NCBI GenBank assembly: GCA_937871815.1
Contig: CALMOJ010000009.1
Location: forward strand, 1 to 46,956
Length of the DNA: 46,956 bases
Source: an uncultured Neisseriales bacterium
Lineage (GTDB): Bacteria; Pseudomonadota; Gammaproteobacteria; Burkholderiales; Aquaspirillaceae
Direction of reading: 5' to 3'
Below, piece after piece: positions 29,090 to 39,718 of this stretch. A program made the translations under genes and the position numbers. Position 1 is the stretch's first letter; every line of letters begins with the position of its first letter. The notes under the pieces were generated by a model, which was not told the origin of the DNA, made no database searches, and saw only the letters and a list, made by a program, of their open reading frames with translations.

Positions 29090-31720
29090 ATGACCACACC
29101 CCAAACGCACTACCGTGCCGACTATCAACCCTCCCCGTTCTTGATTGACCGCGTCGATTTGGAATTTGACATCCACAGCGACCACACCCGTGTCAGTGCA
29201 CGGCTGGTGGTCAAGCGTAATCCTGCGGCTGCGACAGCGGATGCGCCCTGCTTGGTGCTGGATGGCAGTGCCCCCTTGCTCAGCGTGCGGCTAGATGGCG
29301 AAACCCTGACCGAGGCGGATTACACCTTGGGGGCGGATAGCCTGACCCTCCACAGCGTGCCTGAGAGCTTTATCTTGGATGTGGAAACCACGCTAGACCC
29401 TGTAGCCAATACCTCGCTGATGGGGCTGTATGCCTCCGGCGGCAATCTCTACACCCAATGCGAGCCCGAGAGCTTCCGCAAAATCACCTATTACCTTGAC
29501 CGCCCCGACATCATGGCCAAGTTCTCCACCACCCTGATTGCCGACCGCCAGCAGTATCCCGTCCTGCTGTCTAACGGCAACCAAGTGGGCTCGGGGCTGA
29601 CCGAAAACCGCAAACGACACTGGGTCAAGTGGGTGGACCCCTACCGCAAACCGGCGTATTTGTTTGCCCTCGTGGCGGGCAAGTTGGTGGCGCAAACCGA
29701 TGAGTACGTCACCCACAGCGGCAAACATGTGGCACTGGTGATTTACGTCCGCCCCGAGGACCTCGATAAAGTGGACCACGCCATGCTGTCGCTGAAAAAA
29801 GCCATGCAGTGGGACGAAGACACCTTTGGGCTGGAATACGACCTCGACACCTACATGATTGTGGCGGTGGGCGACTTCAACATGGGGGCGATGGAAAACA
29901 AAGGGCTGAATATCTTCAACACCAAGTTTGTGTTGGCCAGCCGCGATACCGCCACCGACATCGACTTTGAAGGGGTCGAAGCCGTCATTGCCCACGAGTA
30001 TTTCCACAACTGGACCGGCAACCGCGTCACCTGCCGCGACTGGTTTCAGCTCAGCCTCAAAGAAGGGCTGACCGTGTTCCGCGACCAAGCTTTTTCTGCC
30101 GACATGCAAAGCCATGCGGTCAAGCGGATTGAGGATGTGCGCCAACTGCGGGCTTTGCAGTTTCCAGAAGACGCAGGCCCCGCCGCCCACCCCGTGCGCC
30201 CCGAGTCGTATATCGAAATGAACAATTTCTACACCATGACGGTGTACGAAAAAGGGGCGGAAGTGGTGCGGATGATGCACACCTTGGTGGGGGCAGAGGG
30301 TTTCCGCAAAGGCATGGAGCTGTACTTCCGCCGCCATGATGGCCAAGCCGTGACCTGCGATGATTTTGTTGCCGCGATGGCCGATGCCAACCAAATCGAC
30401 CTCGGCCAATTTACCCGCTGGTATGCCCAAGCCGGCACGCCCCAACTGACCGCCTCGCTGGCGTGGTTTGAGTCGGGGCATACCGCTTCGCTGACCGTAC
30501 GCCAAAGCACCCCCGATACGCTGGGGCAAACCGATAAGCTGCCGCTGCATATTCCGCTGGCACTGGGCTTTTTGGGCCAAGCGGGTGAGGCTCTCCCCGT
30601 CACCTTGGCGGGGGAAACCACCCCCGGCCCCACGTCGCGGGTGCTGTCGGTGACCGAAGCCGAGCAAACCTTTACCTTTATCGACCTCGACCAACGTCCG
30701 CTGCCATCTTTGCTGCGGGGATTTTCTGCGCCGGTGCGGCTGGGCTACGCCTACACCAACGACGAGCTGGCCTTTTTGCTGGCACACGACAGCGACCCCT
30801 TTAACCGCTGGGAAGCAGGGCAAAAGCTCGCGCTGAACGAAATGGTGCGGCTGTATCAGGGCAAAGGGGCGGATACCGTGGCACCCGCGCTGATTGCCGG
30901 TTTTGCACGGGTGCTGGATGACAGTGCCGCCGACCCCGCTTTTGCCGCGCTGGTGTTGACCCTCCCCGCCGAAGCTGAGCTGTTCGAAGCCCTCGACCAC
31001 GCCGACCCCACGCGGGTGTGTGCCATTCACCAGTCGGTGCGGAGTGTGCTCAGCGTAGCCCTCAACGACCGCTGGCTGGCGACCTACACCGCCCAGCAGC
31101 GCGACGCTTTTGTGCTGGAAGAAAGCGGTGCCCGTGCCCTGAAAAACCTGTGCTTGGCGTATTTGGCACTCACCCCGTCGCCTGATTTTATTTTGCTGGC
31201 GGATACGCATTACCGCCAAGCCAACAATATGACCGACCGCATGGGGGCACTGTCTGCGCTGGCGGATACCGACTTGGCCATCCGCGCTACCTTGTTTGCC
31301 GACTTTGCCGACACCTATGCCCGCGACCCCTTGGTGATGGACAAATGGTTCAGCCTGCAAGCCAGCAGCCGTCGCCCCGATGTGCTGGAAACCGTGACCG
31401 CCTTGCTTGACCACCCCGCGTTTTCGCTGACCAATCCCAACAAGGTGCGAGCCTTGGTCGGCGCGTTTAGCCGCAACTTACTGGGCTTCCACCGCCCCGA
31501 TGGCGCGGGCTACCGCTTTGTGACCACGCAAATCTTGGCACTCGACCCGCTCAACCCCCAAATCGCCGCCCGCTTGGCAGGGGGATTTAACCGCCGCAGC
31601 AAGGTTACACCGGCCTTGGCGGCGCATATGTATGCCGAGCTAAACCACATTGCCAACACCCCCAGCTTGTCCCGCGATGTGTACGAAATCGTCTCACGCA
31701 ATTTAGCCAGCGGTGGGTAA
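29090..31720 (+). CDS. pepN: Aminopeptidase N
   Basis: 'GAMENKGLN', 'HEYFHNW..LKEGLT' and 'VYEKG'. Start at ATG 29090. Confidence 0.97.
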   Translation: MTTPQTHYRADYQPSPFLIDRVDLEFDIHSDHTRVSARLVVKRNPAAATADAPCLVLDGSAPLLSVRLDGETLTEADYTLGADSLTLHSVPESFILDVETTLDPVANTSLMGLYASGGNLYTQCEPESFRKITYYLDRPDIMAKFSTTLIADRQQYPVLLSNGNQVGSGLTENRKRHWVKWVDPYRKPAYLFALVAGKLVAQTDEYVTHSGKHVALVIYVRPEDLDKVDHAMLSLKKAMQWDEDTFGLEYDLDTYMIVAVGDFNMGAMENKGLNIFNTKFVLASRDTATDIDFEGVEAVIAHEYFHNWTGNRVTCRDWFQLSLKEGLTVFRDQAFSADMQSHAVKRIEDVRQLRALQFPEDAGPAAHPVRPESYIEMNNFYTMTVYEKGAEVVRMMHTLVGAEGFRKGMELYFRRHDGQAVTCDDFVAAMADANQIDLGQFTRWYAQAGTPQLTASLAWFESGHTASLTVRQSTPDTLGQTDKLPLHIPLALGFLGQAGEALPVTLAGETTPGPTSRVLSVTEAEQTFTFIDLDQRPLPSLLRGFSAPVRLGYAYTNDELAFLLAHDSDPFNRWEAGQKLALNEMVRLYQGKGADTVAPALIAGFARVLDDSAADPAFAALVLTLPAEAELFEALDHADPTRVCAIHQSVRSVLSVALNDRWLATYTAQQRDAFVLEESGARALKNLCLAYLALTPSPDFILLADTHYRQANNMTDRMGALSALADTDLAIRATLFADFADTYARDPLVMDKWFSLQASSRRPDVLETVTALLDHPAFSLTNPNKVRALVGAFSRNLLGFHRPDGAGYRFVTTQILALDPLNPQIAARLAGGFNRRSKVTPALAAHMYAELNHIANTPSLSRDVYEIVSRNLASGG

Positions 31721-32630
31721 CCCCTCTAACGCCCTGCTGCTGGGCGGCCTCTGGCTGGTCTGGGGCTATACGTGGGTGCTGACCAAACAGGGCTTGCTAT
31801 GGATGGGGCCGCTGGAATTTGCCACGGTGCGGATTGTGCTGGCTTTAGGCGCATTGGGGGCAGTGCTGCTGTTCACAGGGCGGCCTCTGCGCCCGCCGCC
31901 GTGGCGACCCACCTTGGCCTTGGGGCTGACCCAAACCGCAGGCTTTACCGGCCTGTCTAGCCTCGCCTTGGTGGCGGGAGGGGCGGGCAAAGTCTCGGTG
32001 CTGGCCTATACCATGCCGTTTTGGGTGCTGCCGATGGCATGGTTTTGGTTGGGCGAGCGGCCCAGCCGAGGGCAATGGGGTGCAGTGGGGGTGGCCGCGC
32101 TGGGGCTGTTGGCGATTTTGGAGCCGTGGCAGGGTAAACACGCGTGGCTGTCCGATGGCTTGGCGGTGGGCTGTGGCATCGCATGGGCGGCCAGTGCCGT
32201 GATTGCCAAACGCTTGCGTGCCACCCATCGCGTCGATGTGCTCAGCCTGACTTTCTGGCAAATGGTCTGGGGGGCGTGGCCGCTACTGGGCTTGATGTTG
32301 GTGTTCCCGGGCAAGCCTACGGTGTGGAATGCCGAGCTGGTAGTGGCCTTGGGCTTTGCCGGTATTTTGGCGGCGGGCTTGGGCTGGCTGATTTGGCTGG
32401 TACTGCTCAGCCGTTTGTCCGCAGGGACGGCCGCGCTGAATGTGTTGATTATTCCCGCTGTGGCCGTCTTGGCTGCATGGCTGCAATTGGGCGAGCGTCC
32501 TTCGCCGTTTGAACTGACGGGCATGGTGCTGATTGCACTGGCTCTTTTGCGTTTGGCGTGGCTGGCGGGACACCCTGCTGCTGCGCCCGCCGCACCTTCT
32601 CCTGCTGCCCCCCAAAGAGGTTCACCATGA
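31713..32630 (+). CDS. EamA/DMT-family transporter
   Basis: About ten TM helices in two repeats, each ending 'LGERP'. The GTG start overlaps the end of pepN. Confidence 0.88.
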   Translation: MGNPSNALLLGGLWLVWGYTWVLTKQGLLWMGPLEFATVRIVLALGALGAVLLFTGRPLRPPPWRPTLALGLTQTAGFTGLSSLALVAGGAGKVSVLAYTMPFWVLPMAWFWLGERPSRGQWGAVGVAALGLLAILEPWQGKHAWLSDGLAVGCGIAWAASAVIAKRLRATHRVDVLSLTFWQMVWGAWPLLGLMLVFPGKPTVWNAELVVALGFAGILAAGLGWLIWLVLLSRLSAGTAALNVLIIPAVAVLAAWLQLGERPSPFELTGMVLIALALLRLAWLAGHPAAAPAAPSPAAPQRGSP

Positions 32631-33091
32631 ACGATGACCACCGCACGCTTTCTATGACCTTGCTGATGACTCCTGACATGGCCAATTTTTCCGGCAATGT
32701 GCATGGCGGCGCCATTCTGAAGTTGCTCGACCAAGTGGCCTACGCCTGCGGCAGCCGCTATGCCGGTCACTATGTGGTGACGCTGTCCGTAGACCAAGTG
32801 ACGTTTAAGCAGCCGATTTATGTGGGCGAAATGGTGACGTTTTTGGCCACGGTCAACCACGTCGGCACCACCTCGATGGAAGTGGGGATTAAGGTGCTGG
32901 CCGAAAACATCCATACCCGCACCGTGCGCCATACCAATAGCTGCTATTTCAGCATGGTGGCGGTCGATGCCGAGGGTAAGCCGCTGGCGATTCCGCCGCT
33001 AGAGCTGAGCACCGATGAAGCCCGCGCCCGTTTTCTCAAAGCGATTCGCCGCAAAGCCGCCCGCCGTGCGTTGAGTGAGGCGGAGGCGTAG
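32627..33091 (+). CDS. Acyl-CoA thioesterase (YciA-like hotdog fold)
   Basis: 'PDMANFSGNVHGG..LLDQVAY', 'VTLSVD..F' and 'VGTTSMEVG'. ATGA overlap with the eamA stop. Confidence 0.92.
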   Translation: MNDDHRTLSMTLLMTPDMANFSGNVHGGAILKLLDQVAYACGSRYAGHYVVTLSVDQVTFKQPIYVGEMVTFLATVNHVGTTSMEVGIKVLAENIHTRTVRHTNSCYFSMVAVDAEGKPLAIPPLELSTDEARARFLKAIRRKAARRALSEAEA

Positions 33092-33099
33092 CACCTTGC

Positions 33100-33245
33100 T
33101 TAGAACCTGTTTGCGATTTCTATGGCGCAGGGGTTGCCAAGGCGAAATTTGGAAAAAAACGCCGTTGGGACTGAATCCATACGCAGTTTTTTACGAATTT
33201 CAACGCAGAATCACCCGAGTCTCGCAGACTTTGAACACGCGCTAA
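33100..33245. mobile_element. MITE-like non-autonomous element with imperfect terminal inverted repeats
   Basis: Ends TTAGAACCTGTTTGCGA... and ...ACTTTGAACACGCGCTAA. 33213-33236 is the exact reverse complement of 40943-40966. Confidence 0.6.
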
Positions 33246-33266
33246 CAACCATCAAGGAGACTAAAC

Positions 33267-33698
33267 ATGCCCCACCACTTCGCCGAACGTGTCCTCGCCA
33301 GCTTCGATAAACAAAGTGCCATGCATCTGATCAAGGCCACCATACCCGTTATTGAGCATGGCATGACCGAGATTCATGTGCCGCACTGGGCGGGTATCGA
33401 GCAGCAGCACGGCTTTGTTCATGGTGGCGTTGTCGGCATGATTGCCGATTCGTCCGCTGGCTATGCGGCGATGACAATGGTGCCGGCCAGTGCTTCCGTC
33501 CTCACCGTCGAATACAAGATGAACCTGCTTGCGCCCGCTGATGGCGAGAAGCTGATTGCCCGTGGCCAAGTGCTTCGATCAGGGCGGACGCTGATTGTGA
33601 CCAAGGCCGAGGTCTTTGCCGTCAAAGCGGGGAAAGAGACGCTGTGTGCGCTGATGCAACAGACCATTATGGTGATGCATGGCAAAACGGAGAAGTAA
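33267..33698 (+). CDS. PaaI-family thioesterase
   Basis: 'QQHGFVHGG..IADSSAGYA' and 'LTVEYKMNLLAPA'. Strong AAGGAG RBS. Confidence 0.92.
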   Translation: MPHHFAERVLASFDKQSAMHLIKATIPVIEHGMTEIHVPHWAGIEQQHGFVHGGVVGMIADSSAGYAAMTMVPASASVLTVEYKMNLLAPADGEKLIARGQVLRSGRTLIVTKAEVFAVKAGKETLCALMQQTIMVMHGKTEK

Positions 33699-33909
33699 GG
33701 GATGGCTGCTTACCCACAACAGCATCTTGCGGAGGTTACACAGCAAGATGCCCATGACCTTCAATTGCTGCCATACGCAAAAGCGGCATAGCCGCCCTCT
33801 CTGATTACGGCAGCTTTGAGCATGGCGGCAGCCAGGCAAGCGCAAAAAAGGCCACGCTGAAGCATGGCCTAATCGTTTAGCCGCCCCCCATCGTGCAGGG
33901 GGGCGTGTA

Positions 33910-35811
33910 TTACACCCCTTCCAGCAACAGGGCGTTAATCCGCTTCACAAAAGCAGCGGGGTCTTGGGGCTGACCACCTTCCACCAGCAAAGCTTGGTCA
34001 AACAGCACCGAAGCCAAATCAGCAAAGCGCGTGGTGTTGTCGCGGCTGGCATCCAGCTTTTTGACCAGCGGGTGCGCGGGGTTGACCTCCAAAATGGGCT
34101 TGGTATGGCGAATTTCTTGCCCTGCGGCCTTCAGCAGACGCTCCAAATGGCCGCCCATATCGTGCTCATCAGCCACCAAACAGGCAGGCGACTCGGTCAA
34201 GCGATGGGTGACGCGGACTTCTTTGACTTGCTCGGTCAGCGCGGCTTTGAGTGCATCCACCAGCGGTGCAAGGGCGGTTTCGCTGGCTTTCTGCTCGGCT
34301 TTTTCCGCTTCATCCTCTAGCGTGCCCAAGTCCAACGCACCCTTGGCAACAGAAACCAAATGCTTGCCGTCAAACTCGGTCAGGTGAGAAATCAGCCATT
34401 CATCTACGCGGTCGGTCAGCAGCAGCACTTCCACGCCTTTTTTGCGGAAGACTTCCAGATGGGGGCTGGCCAGCGCGGCGGTGTAGGTATCGGCGGTCAG
34501 GAAGTAAACCTTGTCCTGCCCATCCTTCATCCGTGCCACATAGTCGGCCAAGGCCACGGTTTGGGCACTGCCCTCCCCTGCGGTCGAGGCAAAACGCAAG
34601 AGCTTGGCGACACGCTCGCGGTTGGCAAAGTCTTCGCTGACCCCTTCTTTCAGCACTTGGCCGAATTCCCCCCAGAAGGTGGCGTATTTGTCGGCTTGGT
34701 GAGCAGCGAGGTCGTCGAGCACGCCCAAGATTTTTTTCACGCAACCGGCACGGATGGCATCAATGTCTTTCGAGCCTTGCAGCAGCTCACGGCTGACGTT
34801 GAGCGGCAAATCGGCCGCATCAATCACCCCACGGATAAAGCGCAGATAGCGTGGCATCAGCTTTTCTGCGTCTTCCATGATAAACACACGGCGGACATAC
34901 AGTTTGACCCCGTGGCTGCCGTCGCGGTCAAACAGGTCAAACGGGGCTTTGGCGGGGATATAGAGCAGCTCGGTGTACTCTTGCCGACCTTCAACACGGG
35001 CATGGCTCCACGCCAAGGGGTCTTGGTAGTCGTGGGCGACATGCTGGTAGAAAGCTTTGTAGTCTTCGTCGCTGATGTCTGCTTTGGGGCGCGCCCACAG
35101 AGCCGAAGCCTGATTGACGGTTTCTAGGCTGGCGGCCACCGTTTCTTGGCCTTCTGCATCTTGCTCCGCAGGCTTTTCCATCAGGATAGGCAGGGTGATG
35201 TGGTCGGAGTATTTGCGGATGATGCCCTTGAGTCGCCACGCGTCGAGCAGTTCATCTTCGCCTTCGCGCAGGTGCAGGGTGATGGTGGTGCCACGGGTAG
35301 GCAATTCAACCGGCTCTAGGGTGTAATCGCCTTCGCCAGCCGATTCCCAGCGCACACCTGCACTGGCGGGCAAGCCGGCGCGGCGGGTGCTGAGGGTGAC
35401 GCGGTCGGCCACAATAAACGAGGCGTAAAAACCGACACCAAATTGGCCAATCAGGGTGGCATCTTTTTTGGCATCGCCGGTGAGCCGGTCAAAAAAAGCG
35501 CGGGTGCCAGATTTGGCGATGGTGCCGATGTGTTCGATGACTTCTTCGCGGCTCATCCCGATGCCGTTGTCGGTAATGGTCAGCGTGCGGGCGGCGGGGT
35601 CGATGGCGAGGGAAATTTGCAGGTCGCTGTCGTTTTCGTACCAATCGGGATGGTCGAGTGCTTCGAAGCGGAGTTTATCGGCGGCATCGGAGGCATTGGA
35701 AATCAGCTCGCGCAAAAAGATTTCTTTGTCCGAATACAGCGAGTGAATCATCAGTTGCAGCAGTTGTTTAACTTCGGCTTGAAAGCCCAGTGTTTCTTTG
35801 GATGCGCTCAT
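33910..35811 (-). CDS. htpG: Chaperone HtpG (Hsp90)
   Basis: '[27 protein letters not shown]', 'IGQFGVGFY' and 'LPLNVSRE'. Start at ATG 35811. Confidence 0.98.
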   Translation of the reverse strand: MSASKETLGFQAEVKQLLQLMIHSLYSDKEIFLRELISNASDAADKLRFEALDHPDWYENDSDLQISLAIDPAARTLTITDNGIGMSREEVIEHIGTIAKSGTRAFFDRLTGDAKKDATLIGQFGVGFYASFIVADRVTLSTRRAGLPASAGVRWESAGEGDYTLEPVELPTRGTTITLHLREGEDELLDAWRLKGIIRKYSDHITLPILMEKPAEQDAEGQETVAASLETVNQASALWARPKADISDEDYKAFYQHVAHDYQDPLAWSHARVEGRQEYTELLYIPAKAPFDLFDRDGSHGVKLYVRRVFIMEDAEKLMPRYLRFIRGVIDAADLPLNVSRELLQGSKDIDAIRAGCVKKILGVLDDLAAHQADKYATFWGEFGQVLKEGVSEDFANRERVAKLLRFASTAGEGSAQTVALADYVARMKDGQDKVYFLTADTYTAALASPHLEVFRKKGVEVLLLTDRVDEWLISHLTEFDGKHLVSVAKGALDLGTLEDEAEKAEQKASETALAPLVDALKAALTEQVKEVRVTHRLTESPACLVADEHDMGGHLERLLKAAGQEIRHTKPILEVNPAHPLVKKLDASRDNTTRFADLASVLFDQALLVEGGQPQDPAAFVKRINALLLEGV

Positions 35812-35848
35812 GGTGGCTAAAAAAGGGAAGTGGTGAATAACCCCCACC

Positions 35849-35876
35849 ACATCGGGGGTAGGGGCTGATTTTCAAT
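35849..35876 (-). promoter_or_regulatory. Putative sigma32 heat-shock promoter of htpG
   Basis: Minus strand TTGAAA-N13-CCCGATGT versus consensus TTGAAA-N13/14-CCCCATNT. Confidence 0.65.
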
Positions 35877-35909
35877 AGCCACCTGCCCTCAGAACCTGTC
35901 CCCAGACGC

Positions 35910-35938
35910 AAAAAGCCCCAGCACAGGCTGGGGCTTTT
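35910..35938 (-). terminator. Intrinsic terminator after the SDR gene
   Basis: AAAAGCCCCAGC-ACAG-GCTGGGGCTTTT, a symmetric hairpin. Confidence 0.8.
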
Positions 35939-35973
35939 AACTTTCGCGCACTGCACAGGGCAGCGCGGAAAAA

Positions 35974-36714
35974 TTACAGTGTCAAACCACCGGTAATTTC
36001 GATGGCTGCACCGTTGATGTAGCTGGCTTCGTCCGATGCCAAGAAGGCATACAGATTAGCGATTTCTTCAGGCTGAGCCATGCGCTTCATTGGTACGCGG
36101 TCTTCCATCGCTTGGATGACTTTTTCTGGCATCGCTTTCAGGATAGGGGTAGCGACAAAGCCAGGGCACACGGCGTTGGCACGAATGCCTTTTTTGCCGA
36201 GTTCTTTGGCCCAAGTCTTCACAAAGCCAATCACGCCGAACTTAGTTGCTGCGTAGTTGGTTTGACCGAAGTTGCCGTATACGCCCACCACGGAAGAAGC
36301 GTTCAGAATCACGCCGCCGCCTTGTGCCACCATGGTGTCAACCACGGCCTTGGCGCAGTTGTAAACGCCCTTCAGGTTGATGTCCACCACGAGGTCGAAC
36401 TGTTCGTCGGTCATTTTCAGCAATTGTGCGTCTTGCACGATACCGGCGTTGTTCACCAGCACGTCGATACGACCAAAGCGGGTTTTGAGGTCTGCAACCA
36501 TATCGGCGATTTGTGCCTTGTTGGTTACGTTGACGATGTAGCCCACGGCTTCGCCGCCGGCAGCTTTGACTTCAGCTACAGTGCTGTCGATGCTTTCTTG
36601 GTTCAGGTCACATACGGCAACAATCGCGCCTTCTTGACCGAACTTCAGTGCGGTTGCACGACCGATGCCACTTGCACCGCCAGTAATAATCGAAACTTTG
36701 CCCTTCAAACGCAT
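35974..36714 (-). CDS. Beta-ketoacyl reductase SDR (FabG/PhaB-like)
   Basis: 'TGGASGIG', 'NNAGI', 'GNFGQTNYAATK' (YxxxK) and 'PGFVAT'. Not within a fab or pha operon here, so no symbol is given. Confidence 0.88.
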   Translation of the reverse strand: MRLKGKVSIITGGASGIGRATALKFGQEGAIVAVCDLNQESIDSTVAEVKAAGGEAVGYIVNVTNKAQIADMVADLKTRFGRIDVLVNNAGIVQDAQLLKMTDEQFDLVVDINLKGVYNCAKAVVDTMVAQGGGVILNASSVVGVYGNFGQTNYAATKFGVIGFVKTWAKELGKKGIRANAVCPGFVATPILKAMPEKVIQAMEDRVPMKRMAQPEEIANLYAFLASDEASYINGAAIEITGGLTL

Positions 36715-37035
36715 GACGCAATCCTTAATTTAGGGTTTGGATAAAGCAAGTCCGGCCTGCCTAGTTAAGGCAGGCCGGAACGCTCTCTCTCCACCATCGA
36801 CCTTCAGTGTTCGTTAAAACCTGTTTTTGGGTCGTTATTTTTGTTTTGCTTGTGCTACCCAACCACACTGGGTGGCTGTGTTACCCCCTGTTACGGCAGT
36901 CATGCCGTAGGGATGGGGCGACTATATCCCAGCCTTGTGGGTGGGTAAAGTCAAAACTCTAAAATTTGATTCAGTTAGGCGCAATACCCTGCCGTTCGGC
37001 TCAAAATATATACGTCGGCACGGCGGGGTAGGGGC

Positions 37036-38640
37036 TTAGTCAATGCCCTTGCTGGCCAAATAATCTTCGTAGCTGCCGGTGTAATACTCATACCCGCCCT
37101 TGCCGTCCAGCTCTAGGATTTGGGTGGCCAACGAGCTAACAAACTCACGGTCATGAGAAACAAAAATCAGCGTGCCCTTGTATTGCTCCAAAGCCATGTT
37201 GAGCGACTCGATGGACTCCATGTCCATGTGGTTGGTCGGTTCATCCATCACCAAGACGTTCGGCTTTTGCAAAATCAATTTGCCGTAGAGCATCCGCCCC
37301 TTTTCGCCGCCCGACAGCACGCGCACGTTTTTCCGCACATCGTCGCCGCCAAACAACAGCCGCCCCAAGGTGCCGCGCAACACTTGTTCGTCGTCGCCTT
37401 CTTGCGTCCACTGACGCATCCAGTCGGCAAGGTCATCATCACGGTCAAAGTCGGCTTCGTGGTCTTGGGCAAAATAGCCAGGGTTGGCTTTTTCTGCCCA
37501 CTTGACGCGGCCTTGGTCGGGCTGTACTTCGCCCATCAACATCTTCAGCAAGGTGGTTTTACCCGCGCCGTTAGGGCCGATAATGGCCAACCGTTGTCCT
37601 GCATCCAAAATCAGGTTGAGATTTTGAATCAGCGGTTTGTCGAATGACTTGCTCAGATTGCCCATCTCGACGGCTTGGCGGTGCAGCTTGTCTTTGTCTT
37701 CCATCTCAAAGCGGATATACGGGTTTTGGCGTGAGGAAGGCTTGACCTCGACCATATCGGCCTTGAGCTTGTCCACCTGCTTCAGGCGGCTGGTGGCTTG
37801 GCGGGCTTTGGATTTGTTGGCGGAGAAGCGTGACACAAAGTCTTGCAGCTCGCCGATGCGCTCTTTGGCTTTGGCATTGGCGGTCAGCAACTGCGCACGG
37901 GCTTGGGACGAGGCCAGCATGTAATCATCGTAATTGCCCGGATACACGCGAATTTCGCCGTAATCCACATCGGCCATGTGGGTGCACACTTGGTTTAGGA
38001 AGTGGCGGTCATGGGAAATAATAATCATGGTGGAATTGCGCTGGTTCAGCGTGTTTTCCAGCCAGCGGATGGTGTTGATGTCCAAGTTGTTGGTGGGCTC
38101 ATCCAGCAACAAAATATCGGGATTCGAGAACAAGGCTTGCGCCAACAGCACCCGCAACTTCCAGCCAGGGGCGACTTCGCTCATGGGGCCAAAATGCTGG
38201 TCTACTGGAATCCCCGCCCCCATCAGCAGCTCTCCCGCGCGGGCTTCGGCAGTGTAGCCATCGTACTCGGCAAATTTACCTTCGAGCTCGGCGGCGTGCA
38301 TGTAGTCGTCTTCGGTGGCTTCGAGGTTAGCGTAAATGGCATCTTTTTCCGCCATCGCCGCCCACATTTCGGCGTGCCCCATCAACACCACGTCAATCAC
38401 GCGCTGGTCTTCGTAGGCAAACTGGTCTTGACGCAGCTTACCCAAGCGCAGCCCGTTTTCGATGGCGACCGTGCCTTGGCTAGGCTCAAGGTCGCCGCCC
38501 AAAATTTTCATAAAAGTCGATTTGCCGCAGCCGTTGGCACCAATCAGCCCGTACCGGTTGCCGTCGCCAAATTTAACCGACACCTTATTGAACAGTGGCT
38601 TGGCACCGAACTGCATGGTGATATTGGAAGTGGTAATCAC
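37036..38640 (-). CDS. ybiT: ABC-F family ATPase (YbiT-like)
   Basis: Two ABC domains, no TM segments. '[11 protein letters not shown]', '[13 protein letters not shown]' and '[13 protein letters not shown]'. GTG start at 38640. Confidence 0.9.
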   Translation of the reverse strand: MITTSNITMQFGAKPLFNKVSVKFGDGNRYGLIGANGCGKSTFMKILGGDLEPSQGTVAIENGLRLGKLRQDQFAYEDQRVIDVVLMGHAEMWAAMAEKDAIYANLEATEDDYMHAAELEGKFAEYDGYTAEARAGELLMGAGIPVDQHFGPMSEVAPGWKLRVLLAQALFSNPDILLLDEPTNNLDINTIRWLENTLNQRNSTMIIISHDRHFLNQVCTHMADVDYGEIRVYPGNYDDYMLASSQARAQLLTANAKAKERIGELQDFVSRFSANKSKARQATSRLKQVDKLKADMVEVKPSSRQNPYIRFEMEDKDKLHRQAVEMGNLSKSFDKPLIQNLNLILDAGQRLAIIGPNGAGKTTLLKMLMGEVQPDQGRVKWAEKANPGYFAQDHEADFDRDDDLADWMRQWTQEGDDEQVLRGTLGRLLFGGDDVRKNVRVLSGGEKGRMLYGKLILQKPNVLVMDEPTNHMDMESIESLNMALEQYKGTLIFVSHDREFVSSLATQILELDGKGGYEYYTGSYEDYLASKGID

Positions 38641-38745
38641 GCTAAAATCCTTGCTAGACAATCTGTTAAAGACAAAATAAGCGGCGAATTTTAGCACAAC
38701 CCATCGGGCAGGCTCATGCGCACCCAAGCAAGCGCGTTGAGGCGG

Positions 38746-38774
38746 TTTGCCCTTATCGGTGATTCGGCTACAAT
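38746..38774 (+). promoter_or_regulatory. Putative sigma70 promoter of dapA-bamC
   Basis: TTTGCC-N17-TACAAT about 40 nt before the dapA start. Confidence 0.45.
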
Positions 38775-38814
38775 CAGCCGCTTCTCTCCCTCAAGATTTC
38801 AACAGGCAAACATC

Positions 38815-39690
38815 ATGCTTACTGGAAGCCTCGTCGCCATCGTCACCCCCATGAATGCCGATGGCAGTATTGATTTTGTTGCACTCGACCGCTTGGTCGA
38901 TTTCCATCTCGATAACGGCACCAATGGCATTGTGGCCGTTGGCACCACCGGCGAATCCGCCACGCTGACGGTCGATGAGCACTTGGCCGTGGTGGCTGCG
39001 GTCATTAAGCGCGTCAACAAGCGCGTGCCGGTCATTGCAGGGACGGGCGCAAATTCCACCGCAGAAGCCATCGAGCTGACGCTGGCGGCAGAACGTCTGG
39101 GTGCCGATATGGCCTTGTCGGTGGTGCCGTACTACAACCGCCCGACCCAAGAAGGCATGTATTTGCACTTTAAGGCGATTGCCGAAGCCACCCAACTGCC
39201 AATTATTTTGTATAACGTGCCAGGGCGCACCGTGGCCGATATGTCTAACGACACCGCCCTACGCTTGGCTGAAATCCCCAATATTGTTGGGATTAAAGAC
39301 GCAACCGGCAACCTAGAACGGGCGTGCGACTTGGTACGCCGCGCCCCCAAAGACTTCGCGCTGTATACCGGCGACGATGCCAGCGCGATGGCGTTTATGT
39401 TGTGCGGTGGGCACGGCGTGATTTCCGTCACCGCCAACGTCGCACCCCGCCTGATGAGCGACCTGTGCCGTGCGGCCTTGGCCGGCGACATCGCTGCTGC
39501 GCGGGCGGCCAACGACCCGCTCCAAGGGCTGCACAAGCACCTGTTTGTAGAAGCCAACCCGATTCCCGTCAAATGGGCACTGGTTCGCATGGGCATGATG
39601 CCAGAAGGTATCCGCCTGCCGCTGACCCCGCTCACCCCTGACAGCCAACCTGTTGTTGAAGCCGCCCTGCACATGGCCTCGGCACTCTGA
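38815..39690 (+). CDS. dapA: 4-hydroxy-tetrahydrodipicolinate synthase
   Basis: 'GTTGES', 'PYYNRP', 'LYNVPGRT' and 'GIKDATG'. Start at ATG 38815. Confidence 0.97.
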   Translation: MLTGSLVAIVTPMNADGSIDFVALDRLVDFHLDNGTNGIVAVGTTGESATLTVDEHLAVVAAVIKRVNKRVPVIAGTGANSTAEAIELTLAAERLGADMALSVVPYYNRPTQEGMYLHFKAIAEATQLPIILYNVPGRTVADMSNDTALRLAEIPNIVGIKDATGNLERACDLVRRAPKDFALYTGDDASAMAFMLCGGHGVISVTANVAPRLMSDLCRAALAGDIAAARAANDPLQGLHKHLFVEANPIPVKWALVRMGMMPEGIRLPLTPLTPDSQPVVEAALHMASAL

Positions 39691-39718
39691 CCCTCCCTTT
39701 GCTTAAAGGCGTTATTTG

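Noticed and set aside
29393-31414. 673-aa ORF antisense to pepN (likewise the long antisense ORFs over tig, ilvD, kef, htpG and parE)
   Set aside because: Shadow ORFs of GC-rich, codon-biased genes, with no RBS or domain signal.
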